Source of the DNA: Candidatus Woesearchaeota archaeon CG10_big_fil_rev_8_21_14_0_10_37_12 | GTDB taxonomy: Archaea > Nanobdellota > Nanobdellia > Woesearchaeales > ARS49 | Direction of reading: 5' to 3' | NCBI GenBank assembly: GCA_002762795.1 | Contig: PCYA01000014.1 | Coordinates: forward strand, 73,205 to 137,204 | DNA: 64,000 nucleotides | In this document: positions 9,571 to 19,029 of the stretch, piece after piece | Layout of the letters: each line of letters opens with the position of its first letter | Position numbering within the stretch: the first letter of the stretch is position 1 | Notes under the pieces: model-generated | Database searches by the model: none | What the model saw: only the letters and a program-made list of their open reading frames with translations | Told to the model about the DNA's origin: nothing | Position numbers and translations under genes: made by a program

Positions 9571-10041
9571 TTATTTAGTGGGATAATTTAGTCCAAATTT
9601 GGCAAAGAAGCTTTCTCCCTGTAGTGAATATCTGGAAAGAGATAATGGTAAAGTTGAACTCACTTGAGAAAAATAATCTATTGAAGACCAATCAATAACA
9701 GCCAGATCAAAAGAATCTATGAATTTAAGTGTTTGGGAAAGAACCGTGCGATACCAGGTTGACGTTACGGGATCTCCTGAAAAACTTCTTTGTTGTGCTA
9801 CCTGCCTTAAGTCTTCTTTTATCTGTTCATCAGGGCGTGTAAGCAACGAGTCTATTAAACGAACGACGTCATCTAAGCGAATATTTCTAAAAGCGCATGA
9901 TTCTATATCATATTGAGGAATTCCAAATGTTACAAGACCTCTCGAGTCCAACAAGTGGTAACGACAAATATGAGTTATTCGTTCTTGAGTATGTGCAGTA
10001 AATTCTGGCAATCTTGAATATCGCGACATAATACTTAACAA
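9571..10041 (-). CDS. Hypothetical protein
   Basis: 156-aa ORF overlapping the upstream endonuclease V gene by 7 nt, which suggests an operon. I recognise no motif. Confidence 0.35.
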   Translation of the reverse strand: MLSIMSRYSRLPEFTAHTQERITHICRYHLLDSRGLVTFGIPQYDIESCAFRNIRLDDVVRLIDSLLTRPDEQIKEDLRQVAQQRSFSGDPVTSTWYRTVLSQTLKFIDSFDLAVIDWSSIDYFSQVSSTLPLSLSRYSLQGESFFAKFGLNYPTK

Positions 10042-10721
10042 CTCACATCAATTTGTCTTTCTGTCCTTATTTGTTCTTCTTGTTTTTCTCTTTTTTCCAG
10101 TTTATATTTTTCAACAAGTTTGCTCGCCATTCTGTGTGCTAAGTGTAATGGTTCTGGTAATTTATGTGGCAGGCAAACACATTGTTTGACAATTTGTGCT
10201 GCTTCTTCAACAGTTATCAAATTTCCTGGAGAAACATAAAGTGGCTTTGCATGTTCTTTCGTTAATACTCTTTTGCCAGTGAGTTCTCCATTAAAAAAAA
10301 TCCTATCTTCTTGTTCTTCTCCAGATAATAATTTTGTTCCAACTCCAATAACTGGTTTACTAAGTTCTGTGCCAACAAAGTTTGCAAGTCCTGCTTTTTC
10401 TGGGTGCAAAATTCCATCGCCTGAAACAATTAAAACATCTGGTTCGTATTCAAGATCGTAATATGTTTGACAAATAACTGGTCCTTCTCTGAATGCAATA
10501 AGTCCAGGGATATAGTTTATTGGTGGCTTTGTCACAGTGTATGTTTTTTCTTTTATTTCCATTGTTTGTGCATCAACAACAACTGCTGTGCAAATGCATT
10601 TGTCTGCAAAATAAGCTACTGCGAATCCTGCAAAGTATTTTGGCACTTCTGATAATTCTATCACTTTGATCTGTTTAGCTATTCCACTCTGTCTGTCGTT
10701 TAAATTGCCAACTTTTTCCAT
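10035..10721 (-). CDS. nfi: Endonuclease V (deoxyinosine 3' endonuclease)
   Basis: The motif block YIPGLIAFREGP...DVLIVSGDGILHPEKAGLANFVGTELSKPVIGVGTKLL matches the Endonuclease V family catalytic core. Confidence 0.75.
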   Translation of the reverse strand: MEKVGNLNDRQSGIAKQIKVIELSEVPKYFAGFAVAYFADKCICTAVVVDAQTMEIKEKTYTVTKPPINYIPGLIAFREGPVICQTYYDLEYEPDVLIVSGDGILHPEKAGLANFVGTELSKPVIGVGTKLLSGEEQEDRIFFNGELTGKRVLTKEHAKPLYVSPGNLITVEEAAQIVKQCVCLPHKLPEPLHLAHRMASKLVEKYKLEKREKQEEQIRTERQIDVSC

Positions 10722-10804
10722 CTTTTGTTTCCCACTCTTTTCAAGTATGATCGAGAATAAGCCCTATTTAAAACTTTCGTTTTTAATTACTACGAAGTAA
10801 CAAA

Positions 10805-11965
10805 TCATCTATGGGTTTGTGAGATGAATTTTTCCAATCTGTTGAGTGCTTTCTCGATAATAGATAGTTTTGTTGCAAAGCTAAAACGCATATAGCCTTC
10901 TCCTGCTGAACCAAAATCTATACCTGGCACTGCTGCTACTTTTTGTTTTTTCAATAAGTCAAAAGCGAATTTTTTGCTGTTTTTGCTAATGTGCGAAATG
11001 TTTGAAAATGCGTAAAATGCACCTTTTGGCACAGGTGTCATCAAACCCAGTTCATTTAATCGTGGAACAATCACATCTCTTCTCTGTTGATATTCTTTAA
11101 CCATCCCATGAACATATTTTTTTGGAAGTTGCAATGCCTTGACTGCCAGTTTTTGAGAAATTGTTGGGGCGCAAATGCTTGCTTCAACATGCATTTTTTT
11201 GATTCCTTTTGCTGCTTGTTCTGGTGCCGCAACATAACCAAGCCTAAAACCACACATAGCATAACTTTTTGACATAGTTTGAAAGGTGAATACTCTATCA
11301 GACATTCCATTGAGAGATCCGATACTGATGTGTTTTACATCATCATATAGAATATATTCATAAGCTTCATCCGAGAATATTGCCAAATCATATTCGACTG
11401 CAAGATCTGCAAGCTCTTCAAGTACCTTTTTACGAATAACATTCCCTGTAGGGTTAGCCGGTGAGTTAATAAGCAAAACTTTTGTTTTTCTTTCGTTAAT
11501 TTGTTTTTTTATTTCATCAGGATTTGGCTCAAAAGCGTTTTCTTCGCGTAATTGAAAAAATTTTGGAACGGCATTAAAAATTTCAACAGTTGGCAAATAA
11601 GCCATATAACTCGGATTAGGCAGTAAAATCTCCTCAGAAACATCCAATGTTGTCGCAGTTGCAAGCAATAATGCTTCTTGTGACCCTGATGTTACAACAA
11701 CATTTTCAGGGTTTGCTTTGATATCATTTTCTTTTTTAAGCTTCTTACAAATAGCTTCACGAAGTTCTAGCAATCCTCCTGGTGTAGAATAATGATTACT
11801 TTGGTTTGCAAGTTTTTTAATTTCTGAAACAAGCGGCTTTGGTAAAGAAAAATCAGGTTCCCCAGGCCCAAGAGATAACACTTCAGGATGATCTGTCATC
11901 AATTCGAGTAGTCTCTCGATAACTAAATCTGGTAGCTGTTCTTCTCGTTCTGATATGTGCACCAT
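10805..11965 (-). CDS. Pyridoxal-phosphate-dependent aminotransferase, class I/II (aspartate aminotransferase-like)
   Basis: 386 aa with LGPGEPDF near the N-terminus, NSPANPTGNV, and a PLP-lysine context (FQTMSKSYAMCGFRLGY). Confidence 0.8.
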   Translation of the reverse strand: MVHISEREEQLPDLVIERLLELMTDHPEVLSLGPGEPDFSLPKPLVSEIKKLANQSNHYSTPGGLLELREAICKKLKKENDIKANPENVVVTSGSQEALLLATATTLDVSEEILLPNPSYMAYLPTVEIFNAVPKFFQLREENAFEPNPDEIKKQINERKTKVLLINSPANPTGNVIRKKVLEELADLAVEYDLAIFSDEAYEYILYDDVKHISIGSLNGMSDRVFTFQTMSKSYAMCGFRLGYVAAPEQAAKGIKKMHVEASICAPTISQKLAVKALQLPKKYVHGMVKEYQQRRDVIVPRLNELGLMTPVPKGAFYAFSNISHISKNSKKFAFDLLKKQKVAAVPGIDFGSAGEGYMRFSFATKLSIIEKALNRLEKFISQTHR

Positions 11966-11998
11966 CTTTTCAGCGTATTAATTGTTATCTTTATTTAA

Positions 11999-12847
11999 AT
12001 GTTTTTTAAGGCAAAGCTTAAAAACAATAATCGAATCCATATTGTTATGAAAATAAAAGAGCAATTCATCGTTAGAAATTTTGCAATATCGCTAAAGTTA
12101 ATTAAAACCAACCTGCACTTGTTTGTACTTGCTTGTTTGGTTGATCTTGCATTTTTCTTTTCACTTGGCTTGTTTACTGCTCCTGTGAAAGACAGAATTT
12201 CATCTTACGCAGTTACACTAAATACACAATTATCACAAACACTTGCTTCAAGTAAAGGCGAAACAGTGAATTTATTGAGTAGGCTTTTTTCTCTAGAAGT
12301 TTCACCTATTACAAACAAAATAATTTTTTTTGTTATCACATCATTCATAATTTCTTATGCGGTCTTCGTAATTTTTCAAAGTACAAACTGGTGGCTGAAC
12401 AAAAAAATTGCGAATCAGAAAATAAAATACGAACAGTACGCTGCAAGTTTTGCAAAAATAAACTTAATTTGGCTTGCAGGTTATGTCATTTACAAACTAA
12501 TTGATTTAACTGTTGGGTTAAGAAAAGTCTTTATTGAAAAAATTGCTCCTGGAGCACCAAGTCCAAGTGAGCAATTAATATTTGTTTTGTTTATTTTCAT
12601 GTGTATCGCAGCATGGTTCAGCTATCCAGAATTAAAAGCAAAAGCATTGTTTAAAACACCCATAAAGAAAAGTGCGCAATTAATTATTTTTGCAGGAGTG
12701 TTGTATGGTTTACTGCAATTAATTTTATTTGTGATTGGAAAAGTAAATCCTGCTGGTGCAACAATTATTGGTATTTTGCTCATCCTTCCATTAATTAATT
12801 TTGTAAAAATATTGACAATAAAGGTGGTTTCTCATGTTCGTACATAA
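11999..12847 (+). CDS. Hypothetical polytopic membrane protein
   Basis: 282-aa ORF with several hydrophobic helices. It overlaps lgt by 14 nt, and the true start may be internal. Confidence 0.35.
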   Translation: MFFKAKLKNNNRIHIVMKIKEQFIVRNFAISLKLIKTNLHLFVLACLVDLAFFFSLGLFTAPVKDRISSYAVTLNTQLSQTLASSKGETVNLLSRLFSLEVSPITNKIIFFVITSFIISYAVFVIFQSTNWWLNKKIANQKIKYEQYAASFAKINLIWLAGYVIYKLIDLTVGLRKVFIEKIAPGAPSPSEQLIFVLFIFMCIAAWFSYPELKAKALFKTPIKKSAQLIIFAGVLYGLLQLILFVIGKVNPAGATIIGILLILPLINFVKILTIKVVSHVRT

Positions 12848-13577
12848 TTTGAATCCAACACTCCTTAATATTGGTCCGTTGGAAATCCGTTGGTATGGTT
12901 TAATGTACGTTTTAGCATTTCTTGTTACGTATTATTATGTTCGTTCAGTAATCCGCAAAGGAAAATTAAACTTGACTGAAAAAAATCTTGACGATTTACT
13001 TGGCTTGATGGTACTTGCATTGATTGTTGGCGCTCGTTTGTTTTACGCAATCTTTTACAATCCTGGTTATTTTGTTGCGCAACCGTGGAAGATTTTTTTT
13101 GTTTGGGAAGGTGGCTTGAGTTTTCATGGCGGATTAACAGGAATCATTCTGGTTACGTGGTGGTATGCACATAAGAAAAACCTCAAATTATTACAGTTAG
13201 CTGATGTGTTTTGCGTTCCGTTAGCGTTAGGCAATGCGTTTGGCAGGATAGGTAATTTTGTCAATGGAGAATTGTATGGTGTTGTGACTGATTTGCCGTG
13301 GGGAGTTGTGTTTCCAGGAGTTTCAGGAGTGCGTCATCCTACGCAAATTTACGAGGCATTGTATAATATTATTATTTTTGTTGTACTCTTTTTGATGCGA
13401 AACAAAGTCCGCTCGTATGGGTGCCTTTTTGGTTGGTATCTTGTATTATATGGTCTGTTCAGGTTTAGTGTTGAGTTTGTTAAAGATTTGCCACTGTATG
13501 GTCCACTTACAATGGGGCAATGGTTGACCATTCCTGTTTTTGTGATCGGCATTGTTTTAATTTGGAAGAAGAAATAA
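12834..13577 (+). CDS. lgt: Prolipoprotein diacylglyceryl transferase
   Basis: Lgt signature blocks are present: IRWYGLMYVLAFL, WEGGLSFHGGLTG, GRIGNFVNGELYG, and PWGVVFP...RHPTQIYE. Confidence 0.8.
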   Translation: MFVHNLNPTLLNIGPLEIRWYGLMYVLAFLVTYYYVRSVIRKGKLNLTEKNLDDLLGLMVLALIVGARLFYAIFYNPGYFVAQPWKIFFVWEGGLSFHGGLTGIILVTWWYAHKKNLKLLQLADVFCVPLALGNAFGRIGNFVNGELYGVVTDLPWGVVFPGVSGVRHPTQIYEALYNIIIFVVLFLMRNKVRSYGCLFGWYLVLYGLFRFSVEFVKDLPLYGPLTMGQWLTIPVFVIGIVLIWKKK

Positions 13578-13675
13578 TTTTTTCTCTGAACTCTTTACTT
13601 CCTACTTCAAACCTCTTACCTCAAACCATACAATACTTCGCAAAACTTAAATACAGTAAATGATTAGCAAGTTGT

Positions 13676-13870
13676 ATGATAAAAAAAGTTATCCTTTTAT
13701 TATTGATTATAAGCTTGCTTGTTGCAAGCTGCACAAACACTGTTCCTCAAATGAATCAGCAAAGTCCTGGAATGAATACTGCTCCTGCAAATGCAGTTCC
13801 AAGCAAACCACAGTATGAACCTCCACCAACTGCTCCAACTGACGAATCTCAGACTGATATTGATTATTAA
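13676..13870 (+). CDS. Small secreted lipoprotein (lipobox VASC)
   Basis: 64 aa with a signal peptide ending in a lipobox-like LVASC, then a Pro/Gln-rich mature region. It sits immediately downstream of lgt. Confidence 0.45.
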   Translation: MIKKVILLLLIISLLVASCTNTVPQMNQQSPGMNTAPANAVPSKPQYEPPPTAPTDESQTDIDY

Positions 13871-13902
13871 AGATTAAATGTAAATAATAAAAAGAACCGA
13901 AT

Positions 13903-14181
13903 ATGATAAAAAAAGTTGCCAAAAAAACTGTGAAAAAAACCAGTAGCGGTCCAAAAGTGACTGTGTATTCTACGCCTACATGCCCATTTTGTCACAAAGC
14001 CAAAGACTTTTTAAAAGAGAACAAAATTGCATTTAAAGATATTGATGTCAGCAAAGATCACGATGCTGCGCAGGACATGATTGAAAAATCAGGCCAGATG
14101 GGCGTTCCAGTTATTGAGATTGGAGATGAAATTATTGTTGGCTTTGATAAGGCGAAGATGAAGAAGGCTTTGAAGTTGTAA
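13903..14181 (+). CDS. Glutaredoxin-like protein (thioredoxin fold, CPFC active site)
   Basis: 92 aa. VTVYSTPTCPFCHKAKDFL plus a C-terminal GVPVIEIGDEIIVGFD match the NrdH/glutaredoxin pattern. Confidence 0.75.
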   Translation: MIKKVAKKTVKKTSSGPKVTVYSTPTCPFCHKAKDFLKENKIAFKDIDVSKDHDAAQDMIEKSGQMGVPVIEIGDEIIVGFDKAKMKKALKL

Positions 14182-14230
14182 TGTTATAAACATTCAATCA
14201 TAACTGTCTTACCATTTTCTGCACGGAAAA

Positions 14231-14476
14231 TCAATCGTAAATGATTTTCCTGTGATCAAAACAGTTAATTATCATTCTATCTTGTTCAAGTCTGTAGATT
14301 ATTCTAAATGGAGGGATTCGTACGCTGCGATGCAATTTGAAGTCATATTTTAAGGGCTTGCCTGTTTCTGGATTTTCAGAAAGTTTTTTCAGTTGTTTGA
14401 TAATTTTTAGTCTTGTACTTTTATCTTTAATTTTTCTATATTCTTTTGCGAAATCTTCAGAAAATATTATTTCCAT
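14231..14476 (-). CDS. Type II toxin, RelE/ParE family
   Basis: 81 aa. It overlaps the upstream antitoxin gene and has the RelE-like block KLHRSVRIPPFRIIYRL. Confidence 0.65.
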   Translation of the reverse strand: MEIIFSEDFAKEYRKIKDKSTRLKIIKQLKKLSENPETGKPLKYDFKLHRSVRIPPFRIIYRLEQDRMIINCFDHRKIIYD

Positions 14477-14478
14477 TT

Positions 14479-14763
14479 TTAATGCATGAAAAGTTCATCA
14501 ATTTCTTCATCTTCCATTAAAGAGTTTACTTTGATAAATTTTCCTTCACGTATTTGCTTTTCACTCCGTTCAATATTTTCTATTAGTTGAATATCTCTCG
14601 TAAGAGTTTCCTTTCTTATAACTTTTAATAAAATATTTCCTCCTTCGTTAAAAACAAGAAATTTTGTTGATGGTTTTAGTCCTGCGTCTTTTCTTATTTC
14701 TGCAGGTATGACTACTTGCCCATTTTCTGATAGTTTTGTTATTGAAACTTCCATACCAATCAC
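14479..14763 (-). CDS. Type II antitoxin, AbrB/MazE (SpoVT) family
   Basis: 94 aa. SENGQVVIPAEIRKDAGLKPSTKFLVFNEG is a swapped-hairpin AbrB-like segment. It lies upstream of and adjacent to the RelE-like gene. Confidence 0.6.
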   Translation of the reverse strand: MIGMEVSITKLSENGQVVIPAEIRKDAGLKPSTKFLVFNEGGNILLKVIRKETLTRDIQLIENIERSEKQIREGKFIKVNSLMEDEEIDELFMH

Positions 14764-15253
14764 CTAAAATGTATTTTAATATTAAAAGAGCTTGTATATA
14801 AAGCTTTCTGTGAGAAGTTTTAAATAAGAAGCTTGAAAGAGATTATCAGGGGCTAAAGTTAAAATAGATATAGGAAAGTTTGTAGAATATGTAGCTATTT
14901 TTGTTCCAGGAACAATTTTCTTAGTTTATTTATGTAATTATGGCAGTTTTAATTTAAACAGTCTGAAATTAGAGATAATAACGAACAACAGTTTCATATT
15001 TGCTTTTATTTTTATTACAACAGTCTTTGCGTTAGGAGCAATTCTGTATTTATTTGGGCACAGGTTAACTCCAAATGTGTTGGATTATTTTATTGGTCCC
15101 TTCAAAGAAGATACCTCCGTTCGTAGATATTGAAGACAATTTTGTAGTTCTGTTTCGCTTACATTATTTGTTATTATCCTAATGGAGTTTATTTTCGTAA
15201 TTATTTATTATGATCCTTATCAAGTAGTTCCATTAACAAAAAACTAAATAAAG

Positions 15254-15305
15254 AAAAACGCACTATTCCCCGACCTGAAGGTCGGGGTATTTATCGTGCG
15301 TTTTT
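15254..15305. terminator. Bidirectional intrinsic-terminator-like hairpin
   Basis: AAAAACGCAC, then CCCCGACC-TGAA-GGTCGGGG (an 8-bp GC stem), then TATTTATC-GTGCGTTTTT. The hairpin is flanked by an A-run on the left and a T-run on the right, so it can terminate both the plus-strand side and the minus-strand gene ending at 15383. Further nested inverted repeats lie at 15310-15372 (TTGCAAAGTTCGC...GCGAACTTTGCAA enclosing CGCCC-TAAA-GGGCG and GGGG-TATTAAA-CCCC). Confidence 0.4.
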
Positions 15306-15382
15306 CTACTTGCAAAGTTCGCCCTAAAGGGCGGGGTATTAAACCCCTCTACAAAGTTCTTGCGAACTTTGCAATAAAAAAA

Positions 15383-16348
15383 CTAAACCTTCGCCCCGCT
15401 ATAGGCTCTATTCCCTGCATTGCTTCTTGCGCGTTGCATTCTTGGCTGTACGCTGTATGCTGTTCTGCCAACGTCTGGATGTTTTGCATAGTGCGCTGCA
15501 TCATAAGCAAAGTTTGCTGGTGTTGCAGCCACTTTTGCTGGAACTATTCTTCCGTGCACGTGCGCTCCGTTGCCCATCGCATACACTGGTTGTCTTTCTT
15601 CTTCCCATCTTCTGAACTCATCACTGTGTTCTGGAATTTCTATTCGTGGACCTCCAATATATCGTGCAGGAATCAACTCTCGCTCTGGTAGTCTCATAAC
15701 AAGATCATTCATGTCAACTCTTTGTAGTCTGCTGTCTTTGAATGCTTTGTACCACGCTGCTTGTGCTGCTTGTTGCTGGTATTTTCCTTTGCGTTTCAAA
15801 TACATACCTACACCAATTGGCAAGGCTATTGAGCTCAAGAATCCTGCTGCTGCTCTGCCTGCTGTTGCACCATCTATTCCTAAAGTGTCTGAGATTTCTC
15901 GTCCAAGTCCTTTGTGATCTTGTATTCCTAATTCTTTGACTGCTTTTCTGTATCGTGATGCGTCTGCAATGTCTGCTAATTGTCCTGCTCCTGCTCCAGC
16001 GATGCTTGACGGCACTCCTCCTAGTGGGTTGCCCATCCAATAACTCGCTGTTGCCGCACCGTACAAGCCCATTTCTGCAGCGCGTAGCCATGCACCTGGG
16101 CGCAAGTAGCCTCTTAGTCCTGGATTGACAAACCATTGTACTTTTCCGTAGTTTTCTTGCATTCTTTTTACAAGTTCTCCTGCGTTTGCAGATGCTTTGT
16201 CTCCTGCCCATTCTCCATCATCTCTGAAAAGATACGGCTTAAGACTGTCTCCAAGAGTTTCAAGACCATGTCTGACAAAGTCTTGTTCTCCTTTTCCTGT
16301 GCAAGCAGTGCCGATGATTTTTTCCAGATTGTTGTTTAAGGCTACCAT
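15383..16348 (-). CDS. Hypothetical protein of a GC-rich island (Gly/Ala-rich, no recognised domain)
   Basis: 321-aa ORF of about 50% GC against a 35-38% background. It is the last gene of a three-gene minus-strand operon. Confidence 0.5.
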   Translation of the reverse strand: MVALNNNLEKIIGTACTGKGEQDFVRHGLETLGDSLKPYLFRDDGEWAGDKASANAGELVKRMQENYGKVQWFVNPGLRGYLRPGAWLRAAEMGLYGAATASYWMGNPLGGVPSSIAGAGAGQLADIADASRYRKAVKELGIQDHKGLGREISDTLGIDGATAGRAAAGFLSSIALPIGVGMYLKRKGKYQQQAAQAAWYKAFKDSRLQRVDMNDLVMRLPERELIPARYIGGPRIEIPEHSDEFRRWEEERQPVYAMGNGAHVHGRIVPAKVAATPANFAYDAAHYAKHPDVGRTAYSVQPRMQRARSNAGNRAYSGAKV

Positions 16349-16360
16349 TATTTTCTCCCT

Positions 16361-16747
16361 CTAATTTAGTTCGATAGTTGGATTTGTTATAACATCTAAT
16401 GCTTCATTGATTGTTAAGATGCCGATGAATTTGCCGTGTTCTGTAACAGGACAATTTCCAATATTGAGTTTTTTCATTTCATTGTATGCTTTAAGCACGC
16501 TTCCACCGTCGTCAAAAACCAAGATATCTTTTGTCATTATTTCTTCAACTTTTGTTTCTGGCCCTTTACCTTCTGCAACTAATCGGCCGTTAATATCGCT
16601 GATGGAAATAATACCAACAGGTTTCATTGTTTCATCTACAACATAGATTTGTCTTAATCCTGATTCTTTGATTGTTTTTGCAGCATCCTGTGCTGTTTGT
16701 CCAAGTTTACAATGTATTGGTTCTACTAGTCTGCATTGTTTTATCAT
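16361..16747 (-). CDS. CBS domain pair protein
   Basis: 128 aa with two CBS-like motifs (IYVVDETMKPVGIISISDI and the hGhhT-type spacing). It overlaps the upstream gene by 4 nt (ATGA). Confidence 0.65.
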   Translation of the reverse strand: MIKQCRLVEPIHCKLGQTAQDAAKTIKESGLRQIYVVDETMKPVGIISISDINGRLVAEGKGPETKVEEIMTKDILVFDDGGSVLKAYNEMKKLNIGNCPVTEHGKFIGILTINEALDVITNPTIELN

Positions 16748-18879
16748 GTTCTTTCCTCCAAACTCGTTTGCTGAGCTTCTATTTTCTCATATGCTGAAGC
16801 GAGTTGAGTATTAAATGTTTTGATAGCTTTTTGTTGTTCATCAAGGAAGTTTGTGCAATTTCCAACTGCTTCTGCTACTGCTCCTGCGTAGTTTCCTCTG
16901 TGTTTTCCTCGTGTTGCAGCTTCCATTTCTCGACGCAAGTCTGATTCTCTTCGTGTTTGTTCTGTTAATCCAACAAGGTGTTTTTGTACAATTCTTGCTT
17001 GTGTTGCATACGCTCCTGCTACTGTTTGTACTTCAGCAGAACTGGTTACATCAATAAGAGCTGTTTCTAATTGTCTGTATGCTAAGATTGGGTCTCCTGC
17101 TTCAAGTGCTTCGGCAATTCTGTCTGACAATTCTGGGTCTCCGTGTTGTTGTGCAAATTCTGTTGCTGCGGTTGTAAATTGAAGCAGAGTTCTTTGCATT
17201 GTTCCTGTTGCTGCTTTTAATCCGTCTTCTGCTGTTTGTAATTCTTCGTATGCATTTGGTACATCAAATCTTGCTTCGCCATATCCTGCGTTTGTTTTGA
17301 TTCCAATTGCTGCATCTACATCTCTCAGTTGTCGTTCTACTGCAGTCATCGCATCGTATGCTTGTTGTGCTTCTGGTGCAAGTTTGCTTATTTTTGCTGC
17401 GTTGCGTGCTTGTTTTGTCCAATAGCTAATTGCTACTGGTTTGATAAGTAAACAGTTAAGTGCGAGTGCTGCTGCTGCGTATGCTGCTGTTAATCCCCAG
17501 TATACCCAGGGGAAGTATCCTTCTGATCTAGTTACCCAAAGAGTATAACCAAGTTGGTCTTGTGCATATTCAGCTGCATTGTCTATTTGCGCGTCTTCTT
17601 GTTTTGCCTTTCCATCAAGGTCTTTTACAAGGGAATCAACAGTTTTCTTTTTTGGCAAAGGTACTTTTGGTAATGTTCCTTCATCTGCGATAAATGTGCC
17701 GTCTTCTATTTGTCGTATTCTTGTTTCTAGTCTTTGTTTTAATAATTCTACTTGCGGCATCATGCCTTCTTTGAGTCCTAAGCGTACTGTTTCTGCTTCA
17801 TCCAACATAGCATATAAACGCAAAACTCTTGGTTGTACTTGCTCTATTAAGTCACGGTGTGGTCCTGCCTGTTCAAATGCTGTTTCCAGTGCAGCATATG
17901 CTTGCTGCAGTTTTTCATTTGCAGTATTCTTGTTTTGTTCTTGTTGTTCTTTAAGGAATGTGTTGAGTGCGTTTACTCTTGCACTTCTTTCTGACTCGCT
18001 TGCTCCAGGGTGTTCTCTGCAAATTTGTACAATTTCATCTTTTATTGAATCTCGGTATGCGAGCAATGCAGGGTCGTTTTGATCTGGTAATTTTGCAAAT
18101 GAGTTGTTTACAACTTCTGTTGCGCGCGTTATTATTTCCTCGCCTTCATCTGTTGCATCTAAAATATCTAATATGAGTTTGAGGTTTGTTGTGTATGTTG
18201 TTGTGTATTCTTGTCGTTTTGGTGCAAGGCCTACTTTATCCCATAGCCAATCTTGTATTCCTACTGATGCTTTTGGTAGTTCTGTTCCTGTTATTTTACT
18301 CCAGAAGTCATCATTTACTTGCAATTCGTATTCTGCGCTTCTCCAGAAGGTGTACCAAGAATCATATTTTGCGCGGTAATCTCTTTCTGTTCTGAATCCT
18401 TCAACAAGTTTGTCTAATCTTTCTAGTTCTGGTTTGAATTCTTCTTTGAATTGTTTTACTTTTGGAATTGTTTCTTGTTCAAGTTCTGTTGTTGCATTTT
18501 CAAATTGTTCAGTTACAAGTGCTCGTTGTATTACTCTGCCTGGAGTGGTTTCTCGTGCATGTTGAACAAGTGGTTTGCCTCCTAGTATGTATTGGTCTGC
18601 GCGCGCAAAATGTGGTTCGAGAACTGAAAATCCTGCAGTTTCAAGTGCAGCCAATCCTAAGAATGCTGTTGTTGGTCGTAAACCTGCTTTTGAATTGCGT
18701 TTCATTTGTTTGGCAAGTTTTGCGTACGCTTGCGTAGCTGTTGCTCTCTTAGCTTCAAGCAATTTTCTGCGTTTTGTTAAATCCGCAGTATCTTGTTGAA
18801 GCAACTCATCAAGCGCAAGCTCTTGCAATTCTTCCACTCTTTTAAATGGCCAAACCATAGTGTTGTTTATAACCTCCAA
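16744..18879 (-). CDS. Large alpha-helical (coiled-coil-like) protein with one or two central transmembrane helices
   Basis: 711 aa, Q/A/E/L-rich with predicted long helices and a hydrophobic segment (FPWVYWGLTAAYAAAALALNCLLIKPVAI). I recognise no catalytic motif. GC content is elevated. Confidence 0.45.
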   Translation of the reverse strand: MEVINNTMVWPFKRVEELQELALDELLQQDTADLTKRRKLLEAKRATATQAYAKLAKQMKRNSKAGLRPTTAFLGLAALETAGFSVLEPHFARADQYILGGKPLVQHARETTPGRVIQRALVTEQFENATTELEQETIPKVKQFKEEFKPELERLDKLVEGFRTERDYRAKYDSWYTFWRSAEYELQVNDDFWSKITGTELPKASVGIQDWLWDKVGLAPKRQEYTTTYTTNLKLILDILDATDEGEEIITRATEVVNNSFAKLPDQNDPALLAYRDSIKDEIVQICREHPGASESERSARVNALNTFLKEQQEQNKNTANEKLQQAYAALETAFEQAGPHRDLIEQVQPRVLRLYAMLDEAETVRLGLKEGMMPQVELLKQRLETRIRQIEDGTFIADEGTLPKVPLPKKKTVDSLVKDLDGKAKQEDAQIDNAAEYAQDQLGYTLWVTRSEGYFPWVYWGLTAAYAAAALALNCLLIKPVAISYWTKQARNAAKISKLAPEAQQAYDAMTAVERQLRDVDAAIGIKTNAGYGEARFDVPNAYEELQTAEDGLKAATGTMQRTLLQFTTAATEFAQQHGDPELSDRIAEALEAGDPILAYRQLETALIDVTSSAEVQTVAGAYATQARIVQKHLVGLTEQTRRESDLRREMEAATRGKHRGNYAGAVAEAVGNCTNFLDEQQKAIKTFNTQLASAYEKIEAQQTSLEERT

Positions 18880-19029
18880 GTATATAAATCATCCCTTTAT
18901 TTGTTCCTGAGAAGTGATAAATTCTTGTTGTTTGTTTTCTCATTTTTCTCATGAAAGTAAGAAAGCATGAAGCGTATAATTAGGTTTCCATGAATAAATG
19001 CCACAAAACGCAACATTTATTAAACTGGT

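Noticed and set aside
14838-15134. 99-codon hydrophobic open frame in the AT-rich gap
   Set aside because: It has no ATG/GTG/TTG start in frame near its 5' end and no ribosome-binding site. It is treated as a possible gene remnant, mentioned in the island finding, rather than a CDS.
15296-16339. Plus-strand ORFs (131, 62, 115, 65, 67 aa) and the minus-strand 165-aa ORF 15714-16211
   Set aside because: All overlap the 321-aa GC-rich minus-strand CDS in alternative frames. The 15296 ORF also runs through the terminator hairpins.
16851-18799. Multiple plus-strand ORFs (68-167 aa) within 16744-18879
   Set aside because: They are antisense to the 711-aa CDS and are Leu/Cys/Ser-rich artefacts of the GC-richer region.
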